Part shown: one piece after another, positions 9,384 through 20,289 of the stretch
Layout of the letters: the number at the start of each line of letters is the position of its first letter
Position numbering within the stretch: position 1 is the stretch's first letter
Position numbers and translations under genes: made by a program
From: Mycobacterium leprae TN
GTDB lineage: Bacteria; Actinomycetota; Actinomycetes; Mycobacteriales; Mycobacteriaceae
Direction of reading: 5' to 3'
Length of the DNA: 32,000 nt
Assembly: GCF_000195855.1 (NCBI RefSeq)
Contig: NC_002677.1
Location: 450,001-482,000, forward strand
The notes under the pieces: generated by a model
Told to the model about the DNA's origin: nothing
Databases searched by the model: none
The model's input: the letters and a program-made list of their open reading frames with translations, nothing else

Positions 9384-10653
9384 GACCTATTGCTGATACC
9401 AGTATCGACGTTGCGGCCGCATTTATCGACGGTGTTATCACCGTACCACTTGCTTGGGGTGGCTTTTGGCGGCTTCGGCTTCAGCGCCGGCTGAGTGCAC
9501 GCAGCCCGTGGTGAGGCATTGCGCTCTGCACTGGACCGACTGGCGGCTGAGTTATCGCAGTGGTCGTGTGCGGTCGTCGCAGATCGGCGTCGCTTTGTGG
9601 GCTGGCGTGGGCCGCTATGCCGCTGGTTGACCTATGTGCCGCGTCGCGGATCGTCCTGATAGTGGCTGGGCTGGTTAGACGTCGCCGAGCGCCTTGCTGA
9701 GGGTCGGTTCGCCAAAAGTACGTGCGGGCCCCGCCAGTTGCTTGGCTACAAACAGCCCAATCTAATGTTGCGCCCCTTCCAGATCCGCGATTGGTGCGAC
9801 AGTGAAGACGGTCTCGACCTTCGAACGCTCGATCGTGAGCGTGGCAGAGCTGTGCGCTACGGATGTAGCGTGCCCCGGTTGCGGAGCTGGCAGCGGCGTG
9901 GATGGGGCCCGAGAGCAGACTCCGTGGCCCGGTTTCTACAGGCCCGTTGCGACTCCAGAAACACGGTGGCCACCGAATGCATGGGCAAGTACCGGCCGCC
10001 CAGCGGTGTGGGTCGCTACGCGACAACCTGTGGCATTTGCTTGGTTCGAAGATCGCTGCGGTCATTGTCGTCGACGATCGCTACTATAGCAGGCTGGTAG
10101 GGTTGGCCACGGCCGGTGCGGTTACGATCGGGGCAGGGGATCGGTCGACGGCTGACGAGCTGGTTCACCAAAAGATACAGCCCTACGTGGACAACGATAT
10201 TCGCAACGACTGACTGTAATGAGTTCGACGCTGGCTGGTGTAGCAGCGTTTTACGACAGGCTGGCCGACCCATTGCCTTTCTGGCCTTACCGCCGGTTGC
10301 TGTGCCGAACTGAGTTGACGCCTACCACCTAGGGCGTGAAAACCTCAATCGGTCAGGCTTCGGGCGTACCCACTGTGCAGACACTCCAGCAAGCTTCGTA
10401 ACTCTCGGTGGCCTGAGCAACCTTGGCGGATTGGCCAGTCGTATCGTCGAATCTATCGGTGATCTGCTGGGTTTGGCGGTTTAACAGCTGTCTGATCTGT
10501 CGGCGTTTGACGATCGGTTGGTCGAGTCTCCATTCGACGAGGACACCACACTACGCCACCGATGATGATGCTGATGACATCCCTGGTGCCAGGGTCGAAA
10601 AAGGGGAAGAAACAGCCGAGGTGGACAAGTTCGAAGCGCTGTCGCCCGATTAG
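9380..10653 (+). pseudogene. Decayed region, probably Rv3440c/Rv3439c-type remnants
   Basis: ATGA overlap with glmM followed by [26 protein letters not shown]... then frame breaks; position between glmM and the hydrolase; no long coherent ORF. Assignment is by expected gene order. Confidence 0.4.
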
Positions 10654-11184
10654 GAATCCCCCCGGTTGGTGTGCCATCACCGGGGTCAACGAGCCCCAGG
10701 GGTGTCATCGGTTGATACACCACCGCCGGCTGCCACTTTGGGGCCAGCTGCTGCGCCGCTGTCAAAATGGCTAGGCGCTTCCGCTGTCCGACGGATCAAC
10801 TCCACACGTGAAGATCGCCGCGGGCGGGCTCCGGAGGCGGGGCAGTGACGGGTCAAGTGGACTGTATCTACAGGAGTTTCTCGACGTAGCTCACGGACCT
10901 CGATTGGGTCTGTCGCCATAGGTCTCACCAACTAGTGTGGTGACACCAGCCTCGTTGAAGGAGGCTAAGTGTTCGGCGATGAATCGACTTGGGACGAAAG
11001 CGAGATTCCGTGCACCAAATCGTACGGAACCGTGCCAATGGCCGCATGCTTACGGCCGCTCAGTTTCTGTATTCGGTCCGCGACTGCGTCGAGCCCGTAG
11101 CGTTTCGTCAGAAGGTGTGGCTCTTGGCTCCTATTTCGTCGATGTGGTGTAAAGGGCCAGTTGCGTTTTGTCCAGTTCAGCCGA

Positions 11185-11906
11185 TCATTGATCGCCGTCG
11201 CCTATCGCCAACGACGCATGCAGCAGGATCTCTGGTGGCCCTAGTGTGGGATCCCGCTTGGCAGCGCCGGCCGTCAGCTCCTCACCCCAGACTGACTCGG
11301 CCTTCTCGGAGTAGAAAAAGATCGGTTTCCGGTCCTTGGCGATCTCGGAAGTAAGCTCAACTTTTTCGTCCTCAGTTCCACGATCGCAGCAGGAACACGC
11401 TCGTGCACAGGGTGATTGATGAGATGCAGCGGTTTGCTTAACCCTGTTACGCGGTTCACGGATAAGTGGGATCTGATAATGTTTACGGGCGTATTGCAGC
11501 CGCTTCTCAGCGTCACATCTGCCGACAGATTTCCACGACATCGCGGGGTGCGGCCCGGTGCGGTGCATCGAACTCGACGCCGTGAAACCCTTCCATCACC
11601 TGCGGTCTGGACGTGCTGAGCCCGAGACGGACTTGGCCACCGTATACGAAATTCAAACCGGCGACGGTCATTGCCAGCAACGCTGGCGTGGGGGGCGTCT
11701 ATGGGAAACACGCTGAGTACTCCGTCCAATTCCGCGGTGCTTGTTTTGGCTGTCAAGTAGCCCAGCTGGTTGGCGGCGTCGAAAGAATACGCTTCGGCCA
11801 CCGCCCCGACGTCAATGCCGGTCTTTTCGAGTTCGGTGATGCGGTCGATGGCTTGGTGAAACCCGCTCGAATGATCCAGCGCAATGCCTATGCACACCAA
11901 CGACAC
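11185..11906 (-). pseudogene. LLM-class F420-dependent oxidoreductase, disrupted
   Basis: Minus strand VCIGIALDHSSGFHQAIDRITELEKTGIDVGAVAEAYSFDAANQLGYLTAKTS and, in other frames, HYQIPL, GKPLHLINHPVHERVPAAIVEL, KVELTSEIAKDRKPIFFYSEKAESVWGEELTAGAAKRDPTLGPPEI: the domain pattern of luciferase-like F420 oxidoreductases. Confidence 0.82.
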
Positions 11907-11944
11907 GTACCACCAGGACAGTGGCTCACCGCTGTCGGGCCGTG

Positions 11945-12796
11945 TTACTTCAGCAGCGTGACGATCTTCTGTTCGGGGGTGACCAATGGCGCCTCGGGGT
12001 CCACCGGGACCGTATGAGGTAGGTGCATGTCTGGGTCGGCGAAGTCGCGATATTCTTTGTCGCCGCCAAGCGCATAAAGCAAGTAACCGGTGAGCAGCGA
12101 CCGAACCGCTTTTTGCGTCGCTCGATGCGGACCGGCCAACCCGACGACCTTCGTCATTCGCCACCCCTCCACCAGGCCGCCGGCTTTGGCTTTGCTGACG
12201 ATGCGCAAGGTGGCATCATCCCAAGCGCGGTACAGTGATAGAGCGTTTGAATTCAACGTTTTCGGATCTCCTGGAGCGGTCAGAATCAAACCCGGGACCT
12301 TGCACGTCGCGGCCGGCTGTTCGGGCGCTGGACTTGTGACCGTCGGGAAGATCGCCACTGCGGATTTGGCCGGCAAACCGGCCAAGCCTGGCAGCCCGGC
12401 TGCGGCGAGTACAGCGGCCGATCCGCCGAAACCGTGTCCTACCAGGCCGAGTTTGGCGGGGTGCACGCTGATATTGCCAGGACCCAGCCGCACACCCGCC
12501 ACGATGTCGAGTGCCGAACCGAGGTCGAAGGCCAGATTGAGCACCGAGGGCGTGAGACCTCGTTGGGTGTCGGGAGCGCCGGTCACGATGCCCCACGACG
12601 CCAAATGTTCCAGCAGGCCCGCGTAACGGGCGGTACCGGTGAGCCAGTCGTGACCAAACGCAACGCCGGGCAGATTCAGACCCCCAGCCGGGGTGTACAC
12701 CACCCCTGGCAAACCGGCGAAGGACAAGTCACCACGCAAAACCCGGTGCGGGCCACGGCGGCTGAGGGCTGCTAAGAGTTTGCGGGTGTGGGCCAC
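11945..12796 (-). CDS. Alpha/beta-hydrolase-like conserved protein (Rv3438-type); start uncertain (ORF open to 12919)
   Basis: Coherent ORF VAHTRKLLAALSRRGPHRVLRGDLSFAGLPGVVYTPAGG...KLGLVGHGFGGSAAVLAAAGLPG...HLPHTVPVDPEAPLVTPEQKIVTLLK; elbow-like GHGFGG motif; located between glmM and glmS on the opposite strand, as expected for Rv3438. Confidence 0.75.
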   Translation of the reverse strand: MAHTRKLLAALSRRGPHRVLRGDLSFAGLPGVVYTPAGGLNLPGVAFGHDWLTGTARYAGLLEHLASWGIVTGAPDTQRGLTPSVLNLAFDLGSALDIVAGVRLGPGNISVHPAKLGLVGHGFGGSAAVLAAAGLPGLAGLPAKSAVAIFPTVTSPAPEQPAATCKVPGLILTAPGDPKTLNSNALSLYRAWDDATLRIVSKAKAGGLVEGWRMTKVVGLAGPHRATQKAVRSLLTGYLLYALGGDKEYRDFADPDMHLPHTVPVDPEAPLVTPEQKIVTLLK

Positions 12797-12978
12797 CTGC
12801 CGACGGTAGCGCACTGGCTCGTAACAGCTGATTGGTGACCGGCAGATGCTGTCCGTATTACGGATTGCCCCGCTAAGGCGAATTGGCCGGTAGGTTAACG
12901 TGACTTGTAATCCATACACTGCACCGATCAGCCCTGTGTACCTGTCTACTGCACTGGCTGCACTACCCTGACAGGGTT

Positions 12979-14856
12979 ATGTGTGGACTTGTCGGCTACG
13001 TCGGGCAGCGCCCTGCCTGCGGGGTCGTCATGGATGCGCTGCGCAGGATGGAGTACCGCGGCTACGACTCGTCGGGAATCGCGCTGATCAACGGCAGTGC
13101 CAAATCGGGCAATCTGACCGTTCGTCGTCGTGCTGGTCGACTTTCCAATTTGGAGTCGGTGTTGGCGGAGATGGTTCCGGCGTCGCTGGCCGGCAACGTC
13201 GGCCTCGGCCATATCCGGTGGGCCACCCATGGTCGCCCCACCGACCGCAACGCGCATCCGCACCGCGACGCCACCGGCAAGATCGCCGTCGTCCACAACG
13301 GCATCATCGAGAATTTCCCCTCCCTTCGCCATGAGTTGGAGATCGCCGGAGTAGAGTTCGTCAGCGACACCGACACCGAGGTAGCTGTGCATTTGGTGGC
13401 ACAGGCTTACTGCGCTGGCGAGACGGCCGGTGATTTCGTCGGGTCCGTGCTGGCGGTGCTGCGCCGGCTACAGGGCCACTTCACTCTGGTGTTCGCCAAC
13501 GCCGACGAGCCCGGTACCATTGTGGCCGCGCGCCGCTCCACCCCGCTAGTGCTCGGGATCGGCGACGGGGAGATGTTCGTCGGTTCCGACGTGGCCGCGT
13601 TCATCGAACACACCCGGCAGGCGGTCGAGCTTGGTCAGGACCAGGCTGTGGTGATCACTGCAGATGGTTACCGAATCAGCGACTTCGATGGCAACGATGA
13701 CGCTGTAAACGCTCGCACATTTCATATCGACTGGGACCTGGCCGCTGCCGAAAAGGGCGGCTACGAGTACTTCATGCTCAAGGAAATCGCTGAGCAGCCC
13801 GACGCGGTAGTCGACACGCTACTTGGGCATTTCACTGGTGGACGGATTGTGCTCGACGAACAGCGATTGAGCGATCAGGAACTCCGCGAGATCGATAAGG
13901 TGTTTGTGGTCGCTTGCGGTACTGCCTATCATTCCGGCTTGTTGGCCAAATATACGATCGAGCACTGGACGCGGCTGCCTGTTGAGGTGGAGCTAGCCAG
14001 CGAATTTCGCTACCGGGATCCTGTTCTGGACCGCAGCACACTGGTGGTAGCCATTTCGCAGTCCGGTGAAACCGCTGATACTTTAGAAGCTGTCCGGCAC
14101 GCTAAAGAGCAGAAGGCCAAGGTGCTGGCGATTTGCAACACCAACGGCTCCCAAATCCCACGTGAGTGCGACGCGGTGCTGTATACTCGCGCTGGCCCGG
14201 AGATCGGCGTCGCCTCAACGAAAACCTTTCTGGCTCAGGTCGCCGCCAACTACCTCCTTGGGCTGGCGTTGGCGCAGGCCCGCGGCACTAAGTACCCCGA
14301 TGAGGTGCAGCGCGAGTACCGCGAGCTGGAAGCGATGCCCGACCTGGTGGCCCGGGTCATCGCGGGGATGGGCCCCGTGGCCGATTTGGCTTACCGGTTC
14401 GCTCAGTCGACGACCGTGCTGTTCCTGGGTCGCCATGTCGGGTACCCGGTGGCGTTGGAAGGTGCGCTGAAACTCAAGGAATTGGCCTACATGCACGCCG
14501 AGGGGTTCGCCGCCGGCGAGCTCAAGCACGGACCCATCGCGCTGATCGAAGAAAACCTGCCGGTAATCGTCGTCATGCCCTCGCCCAAGGGATCGGCGAT
14601 GCTGCATGCTAAGCTGCTGAGCAACATTCGTGAAATTCAGACCCGCGGAGCGGTGACCATTGTGATCGCGGAGGAAGGCGACGACACGGTACGTCTCTAC
14701 GCCGATCACCTGATCGAACTCCCCGCGGTGTCAACACTTTTGCAGCCGCTGCTGTCGACCATCCCGCTGCAGGTGTTCGCCGCGTCTGTGGCGCAGGCTC
14801 GCGGCTACGACGTTGACAAACCGCGAAATCTGGCCAAGTCCGTCACCGTTGAGTAA
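12979..14856 (+). CDS. glmS: Glutamine--fructose-6-phosphate aminotransferase (isomerizing)
   Basis: Intact 625-aa ORF MCGLVGYVGQRPACGVVMDALRRMEYRGYDSSGIAL...; SIS domains; C-terminal PRNLAKSVTVE. Confidence 0.98.
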   Translation: MCGLVGYVGQRPACGVVMDALRRMEYRGYDSSGIALINGSAKSGNLTVRRRAGRLSNLESVLAEMVPASLAGNVGLGHIRWATHGRPTDRNAHPHRDATGKIAVVHNGIIENFPSLRHELEIAGVEFVSDTDTEVAVHLVAQAYCAGETAGDFVGSVLAVLRRLQGHFTLVFANADEPGTIVAARRSTPLVLGIGDGEMFVGSDVAAFIEHTRQAVELGQDQAVVITADGYRISDFDGNDDAVNARTFHIDWDLAAAEKGGYEYFMLKEIAEQPDAVVDTLLGHFTGGRIVLDEQRLSDQELREIDKVFVVACGTAYHSGLLAKYTIEHWTRLPVEVELASEFRYRDPVLDRSTLVVAISQSGETADTLEAVRHAKEQKAKVLAICNTNGSQIPRECDAVLYTRAGPEIGVASTKTFLAQVAANYLLGLALAQARGTKYPDEVQREYRELEAMPDLVARVIAGMGPVADLAYRFAQSTTVLFLGRHVGYPVALEGALKLKELAYMHAEGFAAGELKHGPIALIEENLPVIVVMPSPKGSAMLHAKLLSNIREIQTRGAVTIVIAEEGDDTVRLYADHLIELPAVSTLLQPLLSTIPLQVFAASVAQARGYDVDKPRNLAKSVTVE

Positions 14857-15201
14857 CTGGCGCTGGGTGGTAGCGATGTCGGCAATGCGTGGCTGGCATC
14901 GACTAGATACTCGGGTGCCAACCGACCACATCCACTGGATGCACCAGCGGTTCTCTGAAGGGGTCATTGATAAGCGTTTTGGTTGCTTGGCTGGCCAGTG
15001 CGCGTCTCACCGTGACGTTGGTTGCGATAGCTCCCACGCTGGTTGCCAAGTCCCAGGTATCGTCGTCAGTCTGTGCTACGTTTGCCCCTTTCCACGCGCT
15101 TCGGTGTGATGGCTAGTGCATTTATTTAACTTCAATCCGGCGCAACTGTACGCTCTGTAGTTAAATGCGCAACGACGCGAGCATGGAATCCATAAGTATT
15201 G

Positions 15202-16623
15202 ATGCGGCATTATTACTCTGTAGCGGCTATCCGTGACGCCGAGGCATCGCTGCTGGCCAGCCTGCCTGACGGTGTGTTGATGAAGCGCGCGGCTTACGGG
15301 TTGGCCAGCGTGATCATTCGTGAACTGGCCGTTCGTACCGGTGGAGTTACCGGCCGCCGGGTGTGTGCGGTCGTCGGCTCGGGCGACAACGGCGGCGATG
15401 CCCTGTGGGCGGCGACTTTCCTGCGCCGCCGCGGTGCGGCTGCCGATGCGGTGCTGCTCAACCCGGATCGCGTCCACCGCAAGGCACTGGTTGCGTTCCG
15501 GAAAGCCGGCGGTCGTATCGTCGAAAATGTATCGGCAGCAACTGATCTCGTTATTGACGGGGTGGTGGGCATCTCCGGCTCGGGGCCGTTGCGACCGGCG
15601 GCTGCCGCGGTGTTTGCGACTGTCTCAGCCTCGGGGGTACCGGTAGTGGCCGTCGACCTCCCCAGCGGCATTGATGTGGTGACCGGCGTAATCAACGGCC
15701 CCGCTGTGCACGCAGCGTTGACTGTTACCTTTGGCGGGCTCAAGCCCGTGCACGCGCTCGCAGACTGCGGCGACGTCACACTGGTTGATATCGGGCTTGA
15801 CCTTCCAGACTCCGATATCTTGGGCTTGCAGGCCGCCGACGTGGCCGCGTACTGGCCGGTGCCCGGTGTCCATGACGACAAATACACCCAAGGCGTGACT
15901 GGCGTGCTGGCCGGCTCGTCGACCTATCCGGGTGCGGCTGTGCTGTGCACCGGTGCCGCGGTCGCGGCCACCTCCGGCATGGTCCGCTATGCTGGTAGCG
16001 CTTATACCCAGGTGCTCGCGCACTGGCCCGAAGTTATTGCATCGGCCACCCCAACTGCGGCCGGGCGGGTGCAATCCTGGGTTGTCGGGCCAGGGCTGGG
16101 TATCGATGCCACCGCGACAGCGGCACTGTGGTTCGCGCTGGAAACTGACTTGCCGGTGCTCGTTGACGCTGATGGGCTGACCATGCTGGCTGCTCACCCC
16201 GACCTGGTGATCAACCGCAACGCGCCGACAGTGCTGACTCCACATGCCAGCGAATTCGCCCGATTGGCCGGGACTCCGCCAGGCGACGACCGGGTAGGTG
16301 CGTGCCGCAAGCTAGCCGATTCCTTCGGCGCCACTGTGCTACTGAAGGGCAATGTCACCGTCATCGCCGATCCCGGTGGCCCGGTATATCTGAATCCGGC
16401 TGGACAGTCTTGGGCGGCTACCGCCGGGTCTGGTGACGTGCTGTCCGGCATGATCGGTGCGCTGCTGGCCGCGGGGCTGCCTGCGGCCGAGGCGGCCGCC
16501 GCCGCGGCATTCGTGCACGCGCGTGCGGCAGCGCTGTCGGCTGCTGATCCAGGTCCTGGTGACGTGCCCACGTCGGCGTCCCGCATGGTGTCGCACATCC
16601 GAACTGCCCTGGCGGCCTTATAG
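15202..16623 (+). CDS. nnr: Bifunctional NAD(P)H-hydrate epimerase / ADP-dependent (S)-NAD(P)H-hydrate dehydratase
   Basis: 473-aa ORF MRHYYSVAAIRDAEASLL...VVGSGDNGGDALWAATFLRRRGA... and C-terminal domain NPAGQSWAATAGSGDVLSGMIGALL. Confidence 0.95.
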   Translation: MRHYYSVAAIRDAEASLLASLPDGVLMKRAAYGLASVIIRELAVRTGGVTGRRVCAVVGSGDNGGDALWAATFLRRRGAAADAVLLNPDRVHRKALVAFRKAGGRIVENVSAATDLVIDGVVGISGSGPLRPAAAAVFATVSASGVPVVAVDLPSGIDVVTGVINGPAVHAALTVTFGGLKPVHALADCGDVTLVDIGLDLPDSDILGLQAADVAAYWPVPGVHDDKYTQGVTGVLAGSSTYPGAAVLCTGAAVAATSGMVRYAGSAYTQVLAHWPEVIASATPTAAGRVQSWVVGPGLGIDATATAALWFALETDLPVLVDADGLTMLAAHPDLVINRNAPTVLTPHASEFARLAGTPPGDDRVGACRKLADSFGATVLLKGNVTVIADPGGPVYLNPAGQSWAATAGSGDVLSGMIGALLAAGLPAAEAAAAAAFVHARAAALSAADPGPGDVPTSASRMVSHIRTALAAL

Positions 16624-16652
16624 CAGCAACGGTCAAACGTAAAGGATCCGTC

Positions 16653-18021
16653 GTATCTCCCAGTCACCCGTCTGTACCCCGGGACTTGATCGTTCCAGCT
16701 TACACCGGCCGTATGTTCACGGCATCGGCCACCCTCTTCTGTCTGGTGGCTGCCCGAAGCATCGATGGATCCTGAGGCGGCGTACCGCTTTATTCACGAC
16801 TAGCTAATGGTAGACGGCAGTTCTCGGCTCAACCTAGCGCTACTTTCGTCACCACCTGGGTGGATCCCGAGGTAAAGAAGTTGATGGCCGAGACGTTCGA
16901 CAAAACATGTTTAGACAAGGACGAGTATCCGGCGGCCGCGGCCATCGAACGGCGCTGCGTATAGCATGGCGACCGGTCTCTATTCACGCCTAGGGACTCA
17001 GCTACGACAACCCGTCCAATACCTGTGGGGTGTTCCATTATCGGCTCCAGGGATGGGTGGTGATGCTGGGTTGCCTGGCCATAAAATTGCGCTGGTGTGC
17101 GGTAGCTAGTTAGCAGCGTAGCACCCCCAATCTGGGGATGGGCGCAGGGGTCCAGGTGGTTTGGGAGAAGTTCTGTCGTTACTTCGATGTCGAGCCGCTA
17201 TCTGTCGATGGAGGAAGGATGCTACGTCATCACCTCCCGAGCAGGTAATCGAGGCCCGTCGACGAGGACACTACTTGGTGTCGTGGCCATCTTTGTCTGC
17301 CACTTTCACCGGCGAACTCGAACCCGTCGCGGAGCTCTGCGTCGCGCTGGACAAGCTGGCAGCCGACAATGGCTTGGACATTGCAGTGTCCGTCGGTGCC
17401 GCCAGCGGGGGTTCGGGATGCCTTGCTTGCACCCGGAGTTGAAGTGGGATTCCTGGCTGCCCCGAGTGATGTCGATCAATGTAAAGTGGCTATAAATATG
17501 GGCTCACCCTACCCCGGTGTGGGATTTGGCGTATGGCGCGGCAACGAATATTTGCCCGAGGACGTAGTCTTTCGTGTCAACTACCTGGGCGGCGATATGT
17601 AGACTTTCGTATTGAACTTTTCCCGCCTGGACAACCAAGTGGTTAGTCAGTACTACAACTTTCTGTGGCTGGGACGTAACGGTTACTGGAAAGTCATGCA
17701 GGCCTTGTCGCTGACGGTGCGGTGGCTGATTGAGTAGCTCCGCGTCGGTGACTATTGTGAGCTGATCGGTTACATCGGACTATCAGACACCGCACGGCCA
17801 TCCTGGTGGTATACCTCCTTGCTCGTTAGAGACTGTGGGTACACCGAGTTCGATCTCCTCCACGAACTCCGGACATTCGGTTGGCAGGTGCCCGCCTATA
17901 ACTGTGCCCGACGATGCCACTGACGTATCGGTGCTGCGCATCGTGGTCTGGGAAGGGCTCTCGGGTGACCCCTGGATAAGCTCAAGTCCGGCGGACACTA
18001 CAGCGCCGACCACTTCGTGCA
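16653..18021 (+). pseudogene. gadB: Glutamate decarboxylase remnant
   Basis: SHPSVPRD..VPAYTGRMFT, MDPEAAYRFIHD*LMVDGSSRLNLA, ETFDKTCLDKDEYPAAAAIERRC, VWEKFCRYFDVEP, YPGVGFGVWRGNEYLPEDVVFRVNYLGGDM, GYTEFDLLHELRTFGWQVPAY spread over frames with stops. Confidence 0.93.
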
Positions 18022-18131
18022 TTAGATACAGTTGTGCTCCGTAATCGACACGCGTGGATCGGCATGCCCCATTGGTTCTGGGAAAATGTCGGCAGCGAGT
18101 TGACACACATCTAAATAGGAGCACGTTTATT

Positions 18132-19298
18132 TTGGCTGTTACACCGATATCCTTGAGGCCAGGTGTCTTGGCCGAAGCTGTTGTGGATCTGGGAGCTATT
18201 GACTACAACGTGCGCGTGTTGCGTGAGCACGCTGGCATGGCGCAACTGATGGTTGTCCTCAAAGCCGACGCCTACGGTCACGGTGCCACCCAGGTTGCCC
18301 TCGCCGCATTGGCAGCCGGTGCGGCCGAGCTGGGTGTGGCCACCGTCGACGAAGCGCTCGCATTGCGCGCGGACGGTATCAGTGCACCGGTGCTGGCCTG
18401 GCTGCATCCACCCGGAATCGACTTCGGGCCCGCGCTGCTGGCCGACGTGCAGATAGCGGTGTCCTCGGTGCGTCAGCTTGACGAGCTGCTGGATGCGGTG
18501 CGTCGGACCGGTCGTACGGCGACGGTGACCGTCAAAGCCGACACCGGGCTGAACCGCAACGGGGTCGTCACCGATCAATACCCGGCGATGCTGACCGCGT
18601 TGCAGCGGGCTGTCGTAGAAGACGCCGTAAGGCTGCGCGGGTTGATGTCGCACTTGGTTTACGCTGACCAGCCCGATAATCCCAGCAATGACGTTCAGGG
18701 CAAGCGGTTTGCTGCTCTGCTCGCTCAGGCGCACGAACAGGGATTGCGGTTCGAGGTGGCGCATCTGTCGAATTCATCAGCTACGATGTCTCGTCCTGAC
18801 CTGGCTTACGACCTGGTCAGGCCCGGCATCGCGGTGTACGGTCTTAGTCCTGTGCCTTCCCGCGGTGATATGGGACTAATACCCGCAATGACGGTGAAAT
18901 GCGCTGTTGCGATGGTGAAGTCTATTCGTGCTGGTGAAGGTGTTTCGTACGGACACGACTGGATTGCGCAGCATGACACCAATTTGGCGCTGTTGCCGGT
19001 TGGATATGCGGACGGTGTGTTCCGGTCGCTGGGCGGCCGGCTGGATGTGCTGATCAATGGCAAGCGCCGGCCTGGCGTCGGACGGATCTGTATGGACCAG
19101 TTTGTCGTCGACTTGGGTCCGGGGCCAATCGATGTAGCCGAAGGCGACGAAGCCATCTTGTTCGGTCCCGGCGCCAGAGGCGAACCCACTGCGCAAGATT
19201 GGGCTGATCTGCTTGGAACTATCCACTATGAAGTGGTCACCAGTCTACGCGGGCGGATCACCAGAACGTACCGCGAGGCCCAAACCGTTGACAGATGA
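18132..19298 (+). CDS. alr: Alanine racemase
   Basis: 388 aa from a TTG start (open frame extends to 18054): [35 protein letters not shown]...[11 protein letters not shown] (PLP lysine motif)...[39 protein letters not shown]. Confidence 0.96.
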   Translation: MAVTPISLRPGVLAEAVVDLGAIDYNVRVLREHAGMAQLMVVLKADAYGHGATQVALAALAAGAAELGVATVDEALALRADGISAPVLAWLHPPGIDFGPALLADVQIAVSSVRQLDELLDAVRRTGRTATVTVKADTGLNRNGVVTDQYPAMLTALQRAVVEDAVRLRGLMSHLVYADQPDNPSNDVQGKRFAALLAQAHEQGLRFEVAHLSNSSATMSRPDLAYDLVRPGIAVYGLSPVPSRGDMGLIPAMTVKCAVAMVKSIRAGEGVSYGHDWIAQHDTNLALLPVGYADGVFRSLGGRLDVLINGKRRPGVGRICMDQFVVDLGPGPIDVAEGDEAILFGPGARGEPTAQDWADLLGTIHYEVVTSLRGRITRTYREAQTVDR

Positions 19299-20289
19299 TG
19301 AAATCCGCAGGCGTCGGAACGGCCGGCCTTGGCTTGCGGGAGGCACCGGGCTGGTCCCGGTCGCCACCATCGTCGGAGCCTTGTCGCTCCGATCGATATT
19401 TGAACGCGACAATGCATGCAGAGATCCTTATGTCGATCGGGATTTCGAGAAGCTCGGCGACGAACGTCGCTGTTGGGTGACCATTTCCGGCGGAATGGCG
19501 CTGGTGGTGCGCGAGGAAGGAGCGGTGAAAGCGCCGGTGGCTATGGTCTTCGCCTATGGATTCTATTTGCGTATGGACTCCTTTCACTTTCAGCGGAAGC
19601 GGTTCGGCAAGCGATGGGGACCACAGGTGCGCATGGTCTTCTACGACCACTGCGGCCACGTCCAATCCAGCGAAGTTGCACTGGATACCTACACGCTGAC
19701 CCAACTGGGCCAGGATCTGCGAACAGTGCTGCAGACGGTAACGCCGCATGGGATGATCGTATTGGTCGGCCATTCGATGGAAGGAATACTGAAAAGCCCT
19801 GCTCTGGAAGCAGTTCGGCTCACCTCTCGGTCGGCGTCCAAGCTGATGCACCGCGGCAGCATCGCGTCACAATCACTGATTGGTCCGATTCTGCGAGCCG
19901 CGTCCTATAGCGATCTGCGGGTTAGTCGAGGCTTAGACGCGTTTTCCCAGCGGATCATGAACGACACCTTGATAGCCATCCTGGTGAGCTTTCTTCATGC
20001 CTTGGAACTCCACGAAGAAACCGCTGGCCTATGGCCATTGCTCAGGGTCCCGGCCCTGATTGCGTGCGGTGACCACGACCTGCTTACGTCGGATGAACGC
20101 TCTAGGGGAATGGCAGCCGTGTTGCCACTGTTGGCGCTGGTCATCGTCAGCGGGGCCAGCCGTTTAGCGCTGCTGGACAAGCCCGGTGCCATTAACGACG
20201 GTTTGGTTCGGCTGGTCAACCGAGCTGTTCCGGGCAAAGCGGCGTTGCGATATCGGCGATTCAAGGAACGGTTACAGCGCCATGGCTGA
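19298..20289 (+). pseudogene. Alpha/beta hydrolase, probably inactive (5' frame disagreement, missing segment after nucleophile elbow, catalytic His replaced)
   Basis: Open frame from 19213 contains VTISGGMALVVREEG..VAMVFAYGFYLRMDSFHFQRKRF...VRMVFYDHCGHVQSS...VLVGHSMEGILKSPALEAVRLTSRS...VPALIACGDHDLLTS...VIVSGASRLALLDKPGAIND. The ATG just after alr is in a different frame from this body. Confidence 0.6.

Noticed and set aside
9481-10100. 194-aa minus-strand and ~100-120-aa plus-strand ORFs after glmM
   Set aside because: Overlapping ORFs on both strands with biased composition and no family signal; treated as decayed sequence.
11274-12164. 296-aa minus-strand ORF as a single gene
   Set aside because: Chimeric: the 5' third is out-of-frame reading of the hydrolase-like gene, the middle is one frame of the F420 oxidoreductase pseudogene, and the rest is frameshifted nonsense.
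15294-16245. Minus-strand ORFs of 197 and 206 aa
   Set aside because: Antisense to the clearly conserved nnr gene.
17126-17145. Short hairpin CCCCAatcTGGGG in the gadB region as a regulatory element
   Set aside because: Only 5 bp, within pseudogene sequence; expected by chance at this GC content.
18111-18764. 217-aa minus-strand ORF
   Set aside because: Antisense to alr, which has complete conserved motifs.
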